Positions 1 through 12,344 of a DNA stretch of 64,000 nucleotides are shown here, in pieces (position 1 is the stretch's first letter; each line of letters begins with the position of its first letter). Made by a program: the position numbers and the translations under genes. The DNA comes from Candidatus Latescibacterota bacterium. GTDB lineage: Bacteria; Latescibacterota; UBA2968; GCA-2709665. The DNA is taken from assembly GCA_965226795.1 (NCBI GenBank), contig CBDDDZ010000005.1:2976001-3040000 (forward strand), in the 5' to 3' direction. Under the pieces are notes generated by a model. The model did no database searches. It saw only the letters and a list, made by a program, of their open reading frames with translations, and was not told the origin of the DNA.

Positions 1-3000
1 TCCACCAACCCCGTGATCGACAGGTTCACGCTCTCCCTCACGTCGGTGACGGTCACCTCAATCGCCTTCGTCTTCGTGTTGCCGTCCGCATCGGTGGCTC
101 TGACGGTCACCTCGTAGACGTTGTCGGTGTTCGCGTCAGCCGGGATCTCGTAGTTCCGCACCACCATTGACAACTGGCCTGTAGCGCTGTTGATGGTGAA
201 GTCTTCCCCGTCGGTGCCCTCCACACTCCAGGTTACGTCCCCTATCGGCGGCCCGATCACGTCCGGCACCGGCGACGTCCACGGATCGTTCTCCGGCACC
301 GACGCATCCGTCAGACCCGTGATCGACAGCGCAGCCGTCTCAGCCACGGGGATGACGTTCACACTGATCGCCTTCGTCGCCATGTTGCCGTCCGCATCCG
401 TAGCCTTGACGGTCACCTCGTAGACGTTGTCCGTGTTCGCATCCTCCGGGCTCTCATAGTTCCGAGCCACCATCGACAACTGGCCTGTACTGCTGTCAAT
501 AGAGAAATCCGTAGCGTCGGCGCCTTCCTTACTCCAGGTCACCTCCCCTATCGGTGTGCCCGTCAGTGTGGGCACCGGCGACGTCCACGGATCGTTCTCC
601 GGCACGCTCGCGTCCGCCAACCCCGTGATCGACAGCGCTGCAAGCTCCTTCACGTTAAGGATGGTCAGTGTGATCGCCTTCGTCGTCGTATTGCCGTCCT
701 CGTCGGTGGCTTTGACGGTCACCTCGTACGTGTTGCCGGCGTCGTCATCCTCAGGGCTCTCGTAGTTTCGAGCCACCATCGACAGCGCCCCGGTCGAGGC
801 GTTGATGGTGAAGTCTTCCGCGTCGGCACCCTCCTTCGTCCAGGTCACCTCCCCTATCGGTGTGCCCATCAGCGTGGGCACCGGCGACGCCCACGCATCG
901 TTCTCCGCCACGCTCGCGTCCGGCAGCCCCGTAATCGACAGCGCTGCATGCTCCTTCACGTTAAGGATGGTCAGTGTGATCGCCTTCGTCGTCGTATTGC
1001 CGTCCTCGTCGGTGGCTTTGACGGTCACCTCGTACCCGTTGTCGGCGTCGTCATCCTCAGGGCTCTCGTAGTTTCGAGCCACCATCGACAGCGCCCCGGT
1101 CGAGGCGTTGATGGTGAAGTCTTCCGCGTCGGCACCTTCCTTCGTCCAAGTCACCTCCCCTATCGGTGTGCCCGTCAGCGTGGGCACCGGCGACGCCCAC
1201 GCATCGTTCTCCGCCACGCTCGCGTCCGGCAGCCCCGTAATCGACAGCGCTGCATGCTCCTTCACGTTAAGGATGGTCAGTGTGATCGCCTTCGTCTTCG
1301 TATTGCCGTCCTCGTCGGTGGCTTTGACGGTCACCTCGTACGTGTTGCCGGCGTCGTCATCCTCAGCGAGCCACCATCGACAACACACCGGTCGAGGCGG
1401 GTCTCGTAGTTCCGAGCCACCATCGACAACACACCGGTCGAGGCGTTGATGGTGAAGTCTTCCCCGTCGGCGCCTTCCTTACTCCACGTCACCTCCCCTA
1501 TCGGTGTGCCCGTCAACGTGGGTGCCGGCGACGCCCACGGCTCATTCTCCGGCACACTCGCGTCCGCCAGCCCCGTAATCGACAGCGCTGCAAGCTCCTT
1601 CACGTCCGTCACCGTGACTTTGATCGAGACCATGGCCGAATTGCCGTCGGCGTCCGTGGCTTTGACGGTCACCTCGTACCCGTTATCCGTGTTCGCGTCG
1701 GCCGGAGCCTCGTAGTCCCGGACCACCATCGACAGCACACCCGTAGACGGGTCGATCGTGAAGCCGGCGGCGTCCGTTCCTTCCACGCTCCATGTCACCT
1801 CACCGATCGGCGTGCCCGTCAACGTGGGTGCCGGCGACGCCCACGGCTCATTCTCCGGCACACTCGCGTCCGCCAGCCCCGTAATCGACAGCGCTGCAAG
1901 CTCCTTCACGTCCGTCACCGTGACTTTGATCGAGACCATGGCCGAATTGCCGTCGGCATCGGTGGCTTTGACGGTCACCTCGTACGTGTTGCCGGCGTCG
2001 TCATCATCAGGGGTCTCATAGTCCCGCGCCACCATGGACACCACACCTGTAGACGGGGCGATGCTGAAGTCCTCAGCGTCCACACCCTCCTTTGTCCAGG
2101 TCACCGTCCCGACAGATGTCCCCGACAGCGACGGCACCCAGGACGCGAACGTCCGGTTCTCCGCCACCGTCGTGTCCGCCAGACCGATGACGGCCAGGTT
2201 CACGGGGGCCCTACGGGTGACAGTCACCACGTAGGTCTCCATGGTGGTACCATCCACCGCCGTCACCTTTGCCTTGACGACGTTCTCCCCCGCGTCGAGG
2301 TCCACCTGGTGGCCGTCGGCGCTCCCGCCGGCATCCGCCAGCGCCACGTCGTTCTCGTCGAGCCACGCCAGGTCAGCGTCGGGGTTCGTTGGGGTCGCCG
2401 CCACCGTGACGCGGTCGACGGCCCGGCCGACCTCCGCGCGGTAGCGGGTGGTCGCGGACGCAAAAGCGGGGCCCAGCGACACGCCGACAGCCCGTCTGTC
2501 TTCCAGAGCGAGGTCGCTCAGGGTGGCGATGTTGCGGTCCCCGTCCACCTTGTGGCCCGACAGTGTGTTGCGTGCGGGATGCTGGGGTCTGGCGTCCGCA
2601 CCATGCGGATTCCGGATCTTGTCATCGGTATCCAGCTTCAGCGTGCGGGTGTGGCCGCCGATCCAGATGCCGTCCGGGTCCTCGTCGGTAGGAAGCACGG
2701 TGTAGGTGAAGACCAGGCTGGTGGCGCTGCTGGCGCCGGCGTCGTATGCCGCCCTTCGATCACCCGTTCCCGCGGCGGCACCCGGTGGGCTGAGCGAAAA
2801 CTCGAACTCGGGGTCGCCGTCCACCGTCACCCCCTGGTTGTACCGGACGGCGATTCGAATGGACTCGCCGGAGACGTAGGTGTCGGAGGTCGTCGCCGGA
2901 CTCGAGACGACCGAGACGTCCACGATCCGCGGCCGGGGGTCGACCCTGTGGCTGGTCTGCGTGTCGAGTAAACTGTGGTCGGGCCTGGGGGCGACATCGT

Positions 3001-5185
3001 GCTCGTTCAGAATCTTGTCATCGGTATCCAGCTTCAGCGTACGGGTGTGGTCGCCGATCCAGATGCCGTCCGGGTCCTCATCGGTGGGGAGCACGGTGTA
3101 GGTGAAGACCAGGCTGTCGGCGCTGCTGGCGCCGGCGTCGTATGTCGCCCTTCGCCGGCTCTCTGCCTCGGTGTCGCCCGATTGGCCGAGGGAAAACTCA
3201 AACTCCGGGTCGCCGGACACGGTGACTTCCTGGTCGTAGGTGACGGCCATCTCGATGGTTTCGCCCGGCGTGTAGTAGATGTCGATGGCCGGATTCGAGG
3301 TGACCTCCACTCCGGTGATCCAGGGTCGGGCATCGACCTTGTGGGCGGAAAGTGTGTTGAGCGACCGGTGGTTGGTTCTCTGGTTCAGACCGTGCCCGTT
3401 CCGGATCGAGTCGTCCCCGTCCAGCTTGAGGGTGAGTGTGTGGTTGCCGATCCAGATGCCGTTGGGGTCCAGGTCGCCGGGGGCCACGACGTAGGTGAAG
3501 ACCAGGCTGGCGGCGCTGCTGGCGCCGGCGTCGTATGCCGCCCTTCGATCACCCGTTCCCGCGGCGGCACCCGGTGAGCTGAGCGAGAACTCGAACTCCG
3601 GGTCGCCGGACACGGTGACGACCTGGTCGTAGGTGACGGTGATCTCGATGGTTTCGCCCAGCCTGTAGACGTTGCCCGAGGCCGGACTCGAGGTGACCGC
3701 CACGCCGGTGATCCAGGGCCCGCCGTGGACCTTGTGGTTCGCCATCGTCTTCACAATGCAGTGATTCAGATCGGCGCTGCGGCCGGCGGCGTCCCGGACC
3801 GCGTCGGCGGCGTCGAGCAACAGCGTCTGAGTGCCGTCGCCGATCCAGATACCGTTGTCGTCCGCGTCGGTTGTCTGCACCGTGTAGGAGAAGACCAGGC
3901 TGGTAGTGGTGCTGCGCGCCGCGTCGTACGCCGCAGCGATCACCCGGCCTGAATTGTGGCCGGGGCCGTTGCCAAGCTTGAACCGGAACCGGGGGGTGCC
4001 GGAAACCGTCACCGGGTCCGTGAGGTTCACGGTGATCTCGATCGTCTCGCCCGAACTGTACCAGGTTCCGGCCTCCGGACTCGAGGTCACCCGGACGGGC
4101 TCCTCGACGAGGGGGATGCCATCGACCCGGTGGGGCCGCTGGTCGGCCACGGGGCCGTGGCCGAGGTCGGCGTCGGTCTGCGCGCCCTGGCGTCTGATGG
4201 TGCCGCTGAGGGCGTCAGCGGCGATGGAGACGCCGTCGTCGTCCCGGTCTCCGGCGGTCACGGTATAGGCGAAGGCCAGTTCGGTGGCGGTGCTCTCCAT
4301 CGCCTGGTAGGCGGCGTTCCGGGTGGCGGTCCCGATCGTGAGGGGCAGGACCGGGCTGCCGGACGCCGTCACGGGTTCGCTGAACGAGACCCTGGCGCTG
4401 ATCGCCTCCCCCACCTCGTAGTTGCCGTTGGCCGCCGGCGTGCTGGAAAAGTCGATGCCGTTGACGTAGGGAGGCGCGTCCGCAGCTATCGGACGCCCGT
4501 TGATTTCGATGATAAGACTCCTGTCAGTGGTTTTGCCCCAAGAGGTCCCAGGGTTTCGGAATAGAGCTTCGCCTGCGATACTCCATCCCGCGGCGCTCCC
4601 GGCGTCAACCACACCCCTATTGCTGCTGCTCGTATAGTGCCAACCAACGCCTTCGTATTTGGCCGCCGCAAGGAGGTAATAGGTCGTATTCGGCTCGAGC
4701 TTCATCGCCGGCGGCGCCTGGAAGGTCACAGGCCCATTACCGGGACTCGCCGGCGGATTCCGGAAGGTGAATCGCTCCCGGCCGGGTTGGCTGCTGCCGT
4801 CAAACAGCATGAGGGTGAATCCGTTGGGGTCGAAAGGTCCATTCAAACGGATGGACGCGGAATCGATCCGGTATCCCTGAGGGTGATCCCCGGTTGTGAA
4901 CCCCTGGGCTAACTCATCAATGGCCCCTCCGGCGAACAAATATGTAAATGACATTACCCAGTATTGGAAATTCCCGCCTGAGTCTATGTAATAGTCATGA
5001 TTACCAACCAGCATTTGAGGTTGCTGATCGCCGATCGTCAGTTGCCCGTGCGCAGGGGGCGCTGAAGAGGCGAGGACGGCCAGTGCCGCCAGGAGCGGCA
5101 GCGCCCGGAGGCGGCTGCGCGCAGGCCCGGTGGTGGATGCCGTGGGTTCGCGCCCAGCAGATTGCGGTTCTGATTCTGTTTTCAT
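1..5185 (-). CDS. Giant secreted/surface repeat protein (signal peptide, ~5 Ig-like beta-sandwich repeats, cadherin-like domain, >=7 tandem cadherin repeats); frameshifted at ~1367-1398; runs off left edge
   Basis: ORF 1331..5308 has a signal-peptide-like LPLLAALAVLASSAPPAHG, repeated YxxGETIEITVTY...DxDxDGIWIG units and ARDYExPxD...NxYEVTVKATD cadherin units; ~306-312 bp units continue to base 1 in another frame. Start at MKTESE (5185) is a best guess. Confidence 0.8.
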
Positions 5186-5784
5186 GGTGGACTCTCTGGT
5201 CTTCAAACGCATACGTTTGGCCGGGATCGATCGCCCGGCGGAATCAGGCGGAGGCAGTGTACCCGCGCACACGTTGACCGCTTCGCCAAAGCGCCTGGCG
5301 AAGATCACGAAATCGTTGAATCGAATCTCAGCCGCACGGTAATGCCGCTGGCATTCCGGATATCCGCGGCGAAGATTTGTATGGAAACAAGCTGTTCGAG
5401 TAGGACGTCGAGCGAGGAAACGACCTGGTTGCCGCCGGCGTCATTCAGGTCCGGGGCGAGGAAAAAGCTGCTTGGTTGCGTGGAGGGCGACCACAAGGCC
5501 GACGCGGGTTTTCTTTTTTCAGGGATTCTCGGCCTTCGCAGAGTGACTTTGTTGCGGCTTGTCCGGTTCTCGATTTCATATATATTATATAACGTTCAAA
5601 GAAACCACTTTCTTTATGAAATTAGTGTGGTGTTTTTATAATTACGATGACATTTTGATGAAAATTCGATATCAGGTTCAAAATGGGAAAACGCAGGGAT
5701 GCAACGGTGGGAATCCGAACCTGTAACCGGGCGCCACGTGTTGACAAGATATCGGGATGGGTACCGCTGGAAAGGAAGAGGAGA

Positions 5785-8172
5785 ATGCAACCGACGGAGC
5801 GACTTCAAGAAGAGATAAGGCTGCTTCGGGATCGACAGTCCCGGATGAGCGAGGCGATTTTACGCATCAACGAAAGCCTTGAATTCGGAACGGTGTTACA
5901 AGGGGTCGTCGATAACGCCAGGTCTCTGACCGATGCAATGTACGGGATGATCATCCTCTGGGAAGAGACGGGACAGATAAAGGAGTGCCTCACGGCCGGA
6001 TTGACATTGGAAGAGTCCACGCAGGTATGGAGCTTTCCCGAGGGAGACGCGCTCTTCGAGTACCTCGGCAAGATTCAGGAGCCACTGCGGCTGCGCGACT
6101 TTCACCGCCACACCAGGGCGCTGGGCCTTCCCGAGTTCCGTCCGCCGATGCCCGTGAGTCCGTCCTTATCGTTTATGGCCTCGCCGATACGTCAAGGGGG
6201 CGAGCGGGTAGGGACCTTTTTTCTGGCCGAGAAGGAGGGTGGCCGGGAGTTTACCGTTGACGACGAAGAGACATTGGCGGTGTTCGCTTCCCAGGCGGCG
6301 TTGGTTATCGCCAATGCGCGGCGTTATCGGGATGAACAGCGTGCAAGGGCCGACCTCGAGGCCCTGATCGACACGTCCCCGGTGGGTGTCGTGGTTTTTG
6401 ACGCGAGGACCGGAGAGGTCGTGTCATTCAACCGGGAGGCGTCCAGAATTCTCGAGAACCTGCGCACCGAGGATCGTCCCACTGAGCAACTCCTGGAAGT
6501 GTTGACCATCCGGCGGGCTGACGGGCGCGAGGTATCTCTGGAGGAACGCTCCATGGCGCAGGTGCTCAGTGCCGGTGAGACGATCCGGGCCGAGGAGGTC
6601 GTTTTCCAGGTCCCCGACGGACGCAGGATAACCGTCCTGATTAACGCTACTCCCATTCGCCTGGATGACGGTGGTGTAGATTCCTTTGTGGTCACTCTGC
6701 AGGACATGACGCCACTGGAAGATTTGGAACGGCTCCGGGCGGAATTCCTTGCCATGGTAAGCCACGAGTTGCGAGCGCCGCTGGCCGCGATCAAGGGCTC
6801 CGCCGCCACGGTGCTGAGGGAAACCTTCGCCCTGGGCGTGCCCGAGATGCTCCAGTTCTTCCGCATTATAGACCAGCAGGCCGACCACATGGGCGGCCTG
6901 ATCAACGACCTGCTTGACGTAGCACGCATCGAGACTGGCGTCTTGCAGGTCAACCTTGAACAGACGTCCGTTAAAGGCATCGTGGAGGAGGCTCGAAACA
7001 CCTTTCTGGGCGGTACGGGCAGGAACAATATACACATTGAGTTGGAGCCGGAGCTTGCTCCCGTGATGGCGGAACGCCGTCGCATCGTCCAGGTTCTGGC
7101 CAATCTATTGTCCAACGCGGCGCGGAACTCGTCCGGAACTTCCCCAATTCAGGTAAGCGCCGCACGGGAGGGGGTCCACGTCGCAGTTTCGGTAACCGAC
7201 AAGGGCAGGGGAGTGTCCGCGGAGCGCCTGCCGCATCTGTTTCGGAAGTTCTCCCGGCTTGTTGGAGAGGAAGAAGCCGGGGACGATGTTGGTTTGGGCT
7301 GGGGCCTGGCCATCTGCAAGGGCATTGTGGAAGCCCACGGAGGCAGGATCTGGGCTGAAAGCGACGGGGTGGGCAGGGGAACCCGGTTCACCTTTACCAT
7401 TCCAATCGCTGAAGGCGTGGGATATCCCGCACCCGCCGGACCCGCACCGACACCCCGCAGCAAACCTGACAGGGTGCAGGGACAAACCCGAATCCTGGTT
7501 GTGGATGACGACCCTCAAACGTTGCGAAGCGTGCGGGTGGCCCTTTCGCGAGCCGGCTACGTTCCCGTTGTGACCGGCAACACGGACGAGGTATTGCTCC
7601 TTCTGGAAGAGCACCGTCCCGCCATTGTGTTGCTTGACCTGGTGCTGCCGGGGACCGACGGGATCGCATTGATGCAGGACATCTTCGAAAAAGCCGACGT
7701 GCCGGTCATCATCATTTCCGCTTACGGTCACGACGACGCGATTGCGCGGGCCTTCGACGCAGGAGCTTCTGATTACGTGGTCAAACCCTTCTCGCCGACA
7801 CAGCTGGCGGCCAGGATCAGGGCAACCCTGCGCAAGCAGACCGCCCTCAATCAGGCCGAACCGCAAAAACCTTATAAGCTGGGAGATCTGACGATCGACT
7901 ACCGCCTCCGCTCAGTAAACGTTGCCGGACGGTCGGTGCGGTTGACGAAAACCGAGTACCGACTGCTGACCGAACTTTCGGTAAGCGCCGGCGAGGTCGT
8001 GTTCTATCGGGATCTGCAAAGGCGTGTCTGGCGTATCTGGCGTCAGGATGACTTGAGGTCGTTGCGTTCCACCGTAAAGAACCTCCGCCGCAAGTTGGGG
8101 GACGACGCGAACAACCCCATCTACATTTTCAACGAACCCGGCGTTGGCTATCGCATGGGAATGGCTGAGTAG
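5785..8172 (+). CDS. Hybrid sensor histidine kinase/response regulator (GAF-PAS-HisKA-HATPase-REC-OmpR wHTH)
   Basis: SHELRAPL H-box, NLLSNA N-box, GLGWGLAIC G-box, ILVVDDD/LLDLVLPG receiver, C-terminal YIFNEPGVGYR; GAGGAG RBS before ATG 5785. Confidence 0.9.
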   Translation: MQPTERLQEEIRLLRDRQSRMSEAILRINESLEFGTVLQGVVDNARSLTDAMYGMIILWEETGQIKECLTAGLTLEESTQVWSFPEGDALFEYLGKIQEPLRLRDFHRHTRALGLPEFRPPMPVSPSLSFMASPIRQGGERVGTFFLAEKEGGREFTVDDEETLAVFASQAALVIANARRYRDEQRARADLEALIDTSPVGVVVFDARTGEVVSFNREASRILENLRTEDRPTEQLLEVLTIRRADGREVSLEERSMAQVLSAGETIRAEEVVFQVPDGRRITVLINATPIRLDDGGVDSFVVTLQDMTPLEDLERLRAEFLAMVSHELRAPLAAIKGSAATVLRETFALGVPEMLQFFRIIDQQADHMGGLINDLLDVARIETGVLQVNLEQTSVKGIVEEARNTFLGGTGRNNIHIELEPELAPVMAERRRIVQVLANLLSNAARNSSGTSPIQVSAAREGVHVAVSVTDKGRGVSAERLPHLFRKFSRLVGEEEAGDDVGLGWGLAICKGIVEAHGGRIWAESDGVGRGTRFTFTIPIAEGVGYPAPAGPAPTPRSKPDRVQGQTRILVVDDDPQTLRSVRVALSRAGYVPVVTGNTDEVLLLLEEHRPAIVLLDLVLPGTDGIALMQDIFEKADVPVIIISAYGHDDAIARAFDAGASDYVVKPFSPTQLAARIRATLRKQTALNQAEPQKPYKLGDLTIDYRLRSVNVAGRSVRLTKTEYRLLTELSVSAGEVVFYRDLQRRVWRIWRQDDLRSLRSTVKNLRRKLGDDANNPIYIFNEPGVGYRMGMAE

Positions 8173-8412
8173 ACCGGACACCAGGCGTGGATGCCCGGAT
8201 CACCCGACATGCGGGAGCCAGGTGCGTGTCACGATGGATGATGGCAATTTGACCGCGGAAATACAGTGTTGAACTATCCGATAACGTGGCGGTGGCGCAA
8301 TTCCTTCGACAGTCCTGCAAAACGGAGCATCGGTATCAATGTTGCGCTGCCGGTTTTTCCTTGATTTTGCCGGGTCGTTTTGGTAGTATAAGGCCGGTTG
8401 TATTTACGACTC

Positions 8413-8505
<93 letters not shown>

Positions 8506-8682
8506 ATTTTTTAAATGCAGTGAGACGTAAGCGGTGAGAGGTCAACTCCACCCCGGACTTGCGTTGGCTCACGTAGGCGATTCGCTGATTTCGCCCCGAC
8601 AGATACACCAACGGCGCTGACATTCACGGTGTTATCGCCTCGCTTCTTACTTCCTACCACTAACTTCCAGCCGTTATCTTCG

Positions 8683-10122
8683 ATGTCCGACACTGTTTTG
8701 CGATTCGCACCTTCGCCTACGGGCGGATTTCACGTGGGCAACGCCCGTACGGCGCTCTTTAACTATCTATATGCGCGCCATTACGGCGGACGGCTGCATC
8801 TCCGCATTGAAGATACCGACCGGGACCGGTCTACCCGCGCGGCTCTCACGACCATCCTGGAAGGCCTGGACTGGCTGGGCATCGCGTTCGACGGCGAGCC
8901 GATCATCCAGTCGCACAATGCCGGGACGCACCGCTATGCGGTAGACCGGCTTCTGGAGACCGGACACGCCTATTATGCCTACGAGACACCGGAAGAGGTG
9001 CGCGCCATGCAGCACCGGGCGCAGACCGAGGGGCGGCGGGTTCGGTACAACCGGGATCTCGCGCCCGACGAGCGTGCGGCCCTCGAAACCGAAGGCCGGC
9101 CGAAAACGGTGCGCTTCAGGGTGCCCGAAGGCGAGACGGTCTGGCAGGATTCGATACGCGGCGTGCAACGATGGGATAACCACGAAGTCGAGGATTTCAT
9201 TATCCTGCGCGCGGACGGATCGCCGATTTACCACCTGGCGGTTGTGGTCGACGACCACAACATCGGGGTAACCCTGGTGATGCGTGGCGCCGAGCACCTG
9301 TCCAACACACCCAAACAGGTGATGCTCTTCCAGGCGCTGGGATGGAGCGTCCCGACCTACGCGCATACCACGTTGCTTCTCGGCCACGATGGGAGGAAAC
9401 TGAGTAAGCGACTGGGCGCAACGACCGTCACCGAATACCGGCAGCGGGGCATTCTACCCGAAGCCCTGGTCAATTTCATGGCGCTTCAGGGGTGGTCTCC
9501 CGGAGACGGCAGGGAGGTGTTCACCCGTGAGGAACTGGTTGAGGGATTCTCGGTTGAGGGAATGCTGAAGAAGAATGCGGTGTTCGACGAGCGAAAACTG
9601 GTTTGGCTGAACGGGGAGCACCTGCGGGCGAAACCGGCCTCCGAACTCCTGCGGGAGGCGGTGAATCGGTGGGTCGGCGCCGGCTGGTTAACAGCTGAAG
9701 ATGCCGAGACACAACAGGCGAGATTGCTGAGGGCCGTGGAACTGATGCAGCCGCGCATTCAAACCGTGAGTGACTTTTCGAATTACGGGTACTTTTTCCA
9801 CGATCCGGAAGTCTACGAAGAAAAAGCCCGAAAAAAACACTGGAAGATCGATACGCCTTCGCGGCTTGCGGCATTGATCGAGAGGCTGGAGGCGCTGACA
9901 GATTTCGACGAACGGGCGATCGAAGGCGCCACACGCACACTCTCAGGGCAACTGGGAATTTCGACGGGGAAATTGATCCACCCCACGCGCCTCGTGCTCA
10001 GCGGCACCGGCACGGGTCCGGGGCTTTTCGAAATGATGGCGGTTCTGGGTCGTGCAACCTGCATCCGGCGAATGAAGACGGGCCTGAAAAGGCTGGGGCA
10101 AAAGGAGACCGTTTCCCAATAG
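8683..10122 (+). CDS. gltX: Glutamate--tRNA ligase
   Basis: RFAPSPTG, HVGN (HIGH), LRIEDTD, KLSKR (KMSKS) motifs; full anticodon-binding C-terminus. Confidence 0.95.
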   Translation: MSDTVLRFAPSPTGGFHVGNARTALFNYLYARHYGGRLHLRIEDTDRDRSTRAALTTILEGLDWLGIAFDGEPIIQSHNAGTHRYAVDRLLETGHAYYAYETPEEVRAMQHRAQTEGRRVRYNRDLAPDERAALETEGRPKTVRFRVPEGETVWQDSIRGVQRWDNHEVEDFIILRADGSPIYHLAVVVDDHNIGVTLVMRGAEHLSNTPKQVMLFQALGWSVPTYAHTTLLLGHDGRKLSKRLGATTVTEYRQRGILPEALVNFMALQGWSPGDGREVFTREELVEGFSVEGMLKKNAVFDERKLVWLNGEHLRAKPASELLREAVNRWVGAGWLTAEDAETQQARLLRAVELMQPRIQTVSDFSNYGYFFHDPEVYEEKARKKHWKIDTPSRLAALIERLEALTDFDERAIEGATRTLSGQLGISTGKLIHPTRLVLSGTGTGPGLFEMMAVLGRATCIRRMKTGLKRLGQKETVSQ

Positions 10123-10149
10123 ACTGACGATACGTACATCCGATGTGGC

Positions 10150-10223
10150 TGCCCCCTCGTCTAATGGCAAGACATGCGGCTCTGGACCGTAGTATCGGGG
10201 TTCGACTCCCTGGGGGGCAGCCA
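10150..10223 (+). tRNA. tRNA-Gln (CTG)
   Basis: TGCCCCC/GGGGGCA acceptor; anticodon arm TGCGG-CT-CTG-GA-CCGTA; GGTTCGACTCC; CCA end. Confidence 0.95.
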
Positions 10224-10287
10224 GAATTTCATATTCAAGGGTCGTAAGTCGTCACTGCGGATAGACAACACTTACGGCCTTTTCCGT

Positions 10288-10492
10288 ATGATTTTACTGG
10301 CCTTCCTGGCCAACTACGACGCGACCAAACATGCTATCCGGAACATCGTGGATATGCCCGACCGGCTGATTGACCTCTTCATTCGTTTTTGTTTCCAGAA
10401 CAACGGGCGCCTGCCGGCACGCAAGCCACTTTCCCGTTCTTGCGGATGAGGAAATCGATGCCATGGAACAGGCTGTGCAATTCCCCTGGCTG
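10288..10492 (+). pseudogene. C-terminal remnant of a Fic-family protein, frameshifted
   Basis: IVDMPDRLIDLFIRFCFQNNGRL then, in another frame, HFPVLADEEIDAMEQAV; resembles the C-terminus of long Fic proteins; no Fic catalytic motif present. Confidence 0.55.
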
Positions 10493-10747
10493 ATCACATC
10501 GCGACGATTGACGCCGCGCAACGTCTCAAGCGGTTGCACCGCGCGACGGTCCAGGTTTCCAGTCTTCAGTCATTCGGTCACTTATTGGATCAGGAACAGA
10601 ACTGACTTCCATTCGCCGAATTCCCTTCGACTGAAAAGAGAAAACAGGACAATGCACGCTTGTAGTGTGTTGTCCTGTTCTTATATCGATACGAGCGTAC
10701 ACGCCGTATCCGGATTGCAGAATTCGGGTCCGGCCGGTATCAAGCCA

Positions 10748-11584
10748 TTATCTGTACCAATATGCCCGTGAAATCTGTCGAAATTGTCCGGGGGTCATTC
10801 CCGCCTCTTTGCGAAAGGCTTCGGATAATCGACTTTGATTCTTGAAGCCGCATCGTGCCGCAATGACGTGCATGCGATCGCCCGTGGATCTGAGCATGCG
10901 CTTGGCCCTTTCGATCCGGTGATACCGCAGGCGATTTCGAAAGGATGTACCAAGCCGGTTGCGAAACAACCTCGAGACGTATGCAAGCGATAAATTGAAT
11001 TGCCTGCACAGATCGCTTCGACGAAGCACGGGATTGGAGGCATGTTCTTTCAGATACACGTCCATCCGGATCGCAAGTGTCTCCACGTTAGGGTACAGGC
11101 GATCGAGCGATTCGTGGATCGAGGCAAACAGTTCATCTTCGTTAACCGGTTTGACGAGGACATCCTGGGCACCGGCCTTCATCGCACCAACGGCTGTCTC
11201 GGTGGAGTCGGTGTCGATCAGGATGATGACGTCGGTGCGCAGGGATTCCTGCCATACGGTCCGCTGAATTTCCAGACCGTTAAGATCCGGCAGGTCGATG
11301 TTCAGGATGGCAATATCGACATGCGAGGTACGGATGAATTGGAGCGCCTCGCGACCGGAACGGGTTGTCTGTACACACCACGTCTCCGACGCCGCCCGGA
11401 TGATGTTCCACAGCCGCCCGCAAACCTTGGTGTCGCAATCCGCGACGAGGAATCTGATGCTCCTGCCCGGTTCCCGAGACGTTAGAATGTGGTTGGCTGC
11501 GATTGACACAATAAGAAATTTTCTATATATTTCCGGTCCTGAGAGTCGCATCCTGTCCCCCGGCACAGAAGCGCCGGGGGACAA
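10748..11584 (-). CDS. Response regulator with AraC-type HTH (atypical receiver)
   Basis: REC-like AILNIDLPDLNG...AMKAGAQDVLVKP and AraC signature IAARCGFKNQSRLSEAFRKEAGMTPGQFR; start uncertain. Confidence 0.85.
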   Translation of the reverse strand: MSPGASVPGDRMRLSGPEIYRKFLIVSIAANHILTSREPGRSIRFLVADCDTKVCGRLWNIIRAASETWCVQTTRSGREALQFIRTSHVDIAILNIDLPDLNGLEIQRTVWQESLRTDVIILIDTDSTETAVGAMKAGAQDVLVKPVNEDELFASIHESLDRLYPNVETLAIRMDVYLKEHASNPVLRRSDLCRQFNLSLAYVSRLFRNRLGTSFRNRLRYHRIERAKRMLRSTGDRMHVIAARCGFKNQSRLSEAFRKEAGMTPGQFRQISRAYWYR

Positions 11585-12002
11585 AAAGGTTGTGCGCCTT
11601 TCTGGTGGATAACCGTCGGTTTTCGACTTTGGCCGGTCAGGGAGCCGACGATTTCTTTATATCCGGCCGTACCGCAGACTTCCCTATCGGAAGCGTTGGG
11701 CGATGCGGCCCCGACGCCCTTGTTTCCGGTGACGAACCCTACGCCGGCTCCGCTTTCCTGATCATGAACACATCCGTTCCCGATGGTCGACTCGGACGAC
11801 GCGCATGCCGACACAGTATGGATATAGGTTGGCACGCGTCCCGTAGTGGGAACATGAGATTTGGTTATACCCATTGACAAAATTACAATATAACCCGGAA
11901 CCCGTGATCTGAATGTGGTATTAGAGTCCATTCTGGTGGAATTTCGATGAAAACCGCGCCTGTTCGACGCCATCGGACGCCCCGGTTGGACTCTGGAAGT
12001 CT

Positions 12003-12284
12003 ATGGTCCGGAAGTTCTCGGCTGGTACGGCACCGGGTTCCAATATGATCGAGCCGCTTGACCGGACGGGAAAGTGGCGGACCAATTCGACGACTGACGT
12101 CCGGGCCGGCGATCCGAAGAGACAGTTCCCATTCCCTTCAACAGACGGCGAAATCGTTCCAGTGGTTGAACACGAACGCCGGTACACTCTCAGCGTGCGC
12201 GAAGCCACCAACTGGCGGATAAAGGGGCCGGAGGAGCGGCGACGCTACTGGGATTGCGGCCGTCAACACTGTATGGAAAAATGA
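12003..12284 (+). CDS. Hypothetical protein (possibly a fragment)
   Basis: 93-aa ORF in an otherwise empty gap; no recognised motif. Confidence 0.3.
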   Translation: MVRKFSAGTAPGSNMIEPLDRTGKWRTNSTTDVRAGDPKRQFPFPSTDGEIVPVVEHERRYTLSVREATNWRIKGPEERRRYWDCGRQHCMEK

Positions 12285-12344
12285 AAAAACCGGGACTAAA
12301 AAATCAAATTGGTTAGCGTAGATCGTATATTTGATGACGGCGAA

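Noticed and set aside
190..5277. Numerous plus-strand ORFs over the adhesin
   Set aside because: Antisense shadows of the repetitive GC-rich minus-strand gene.
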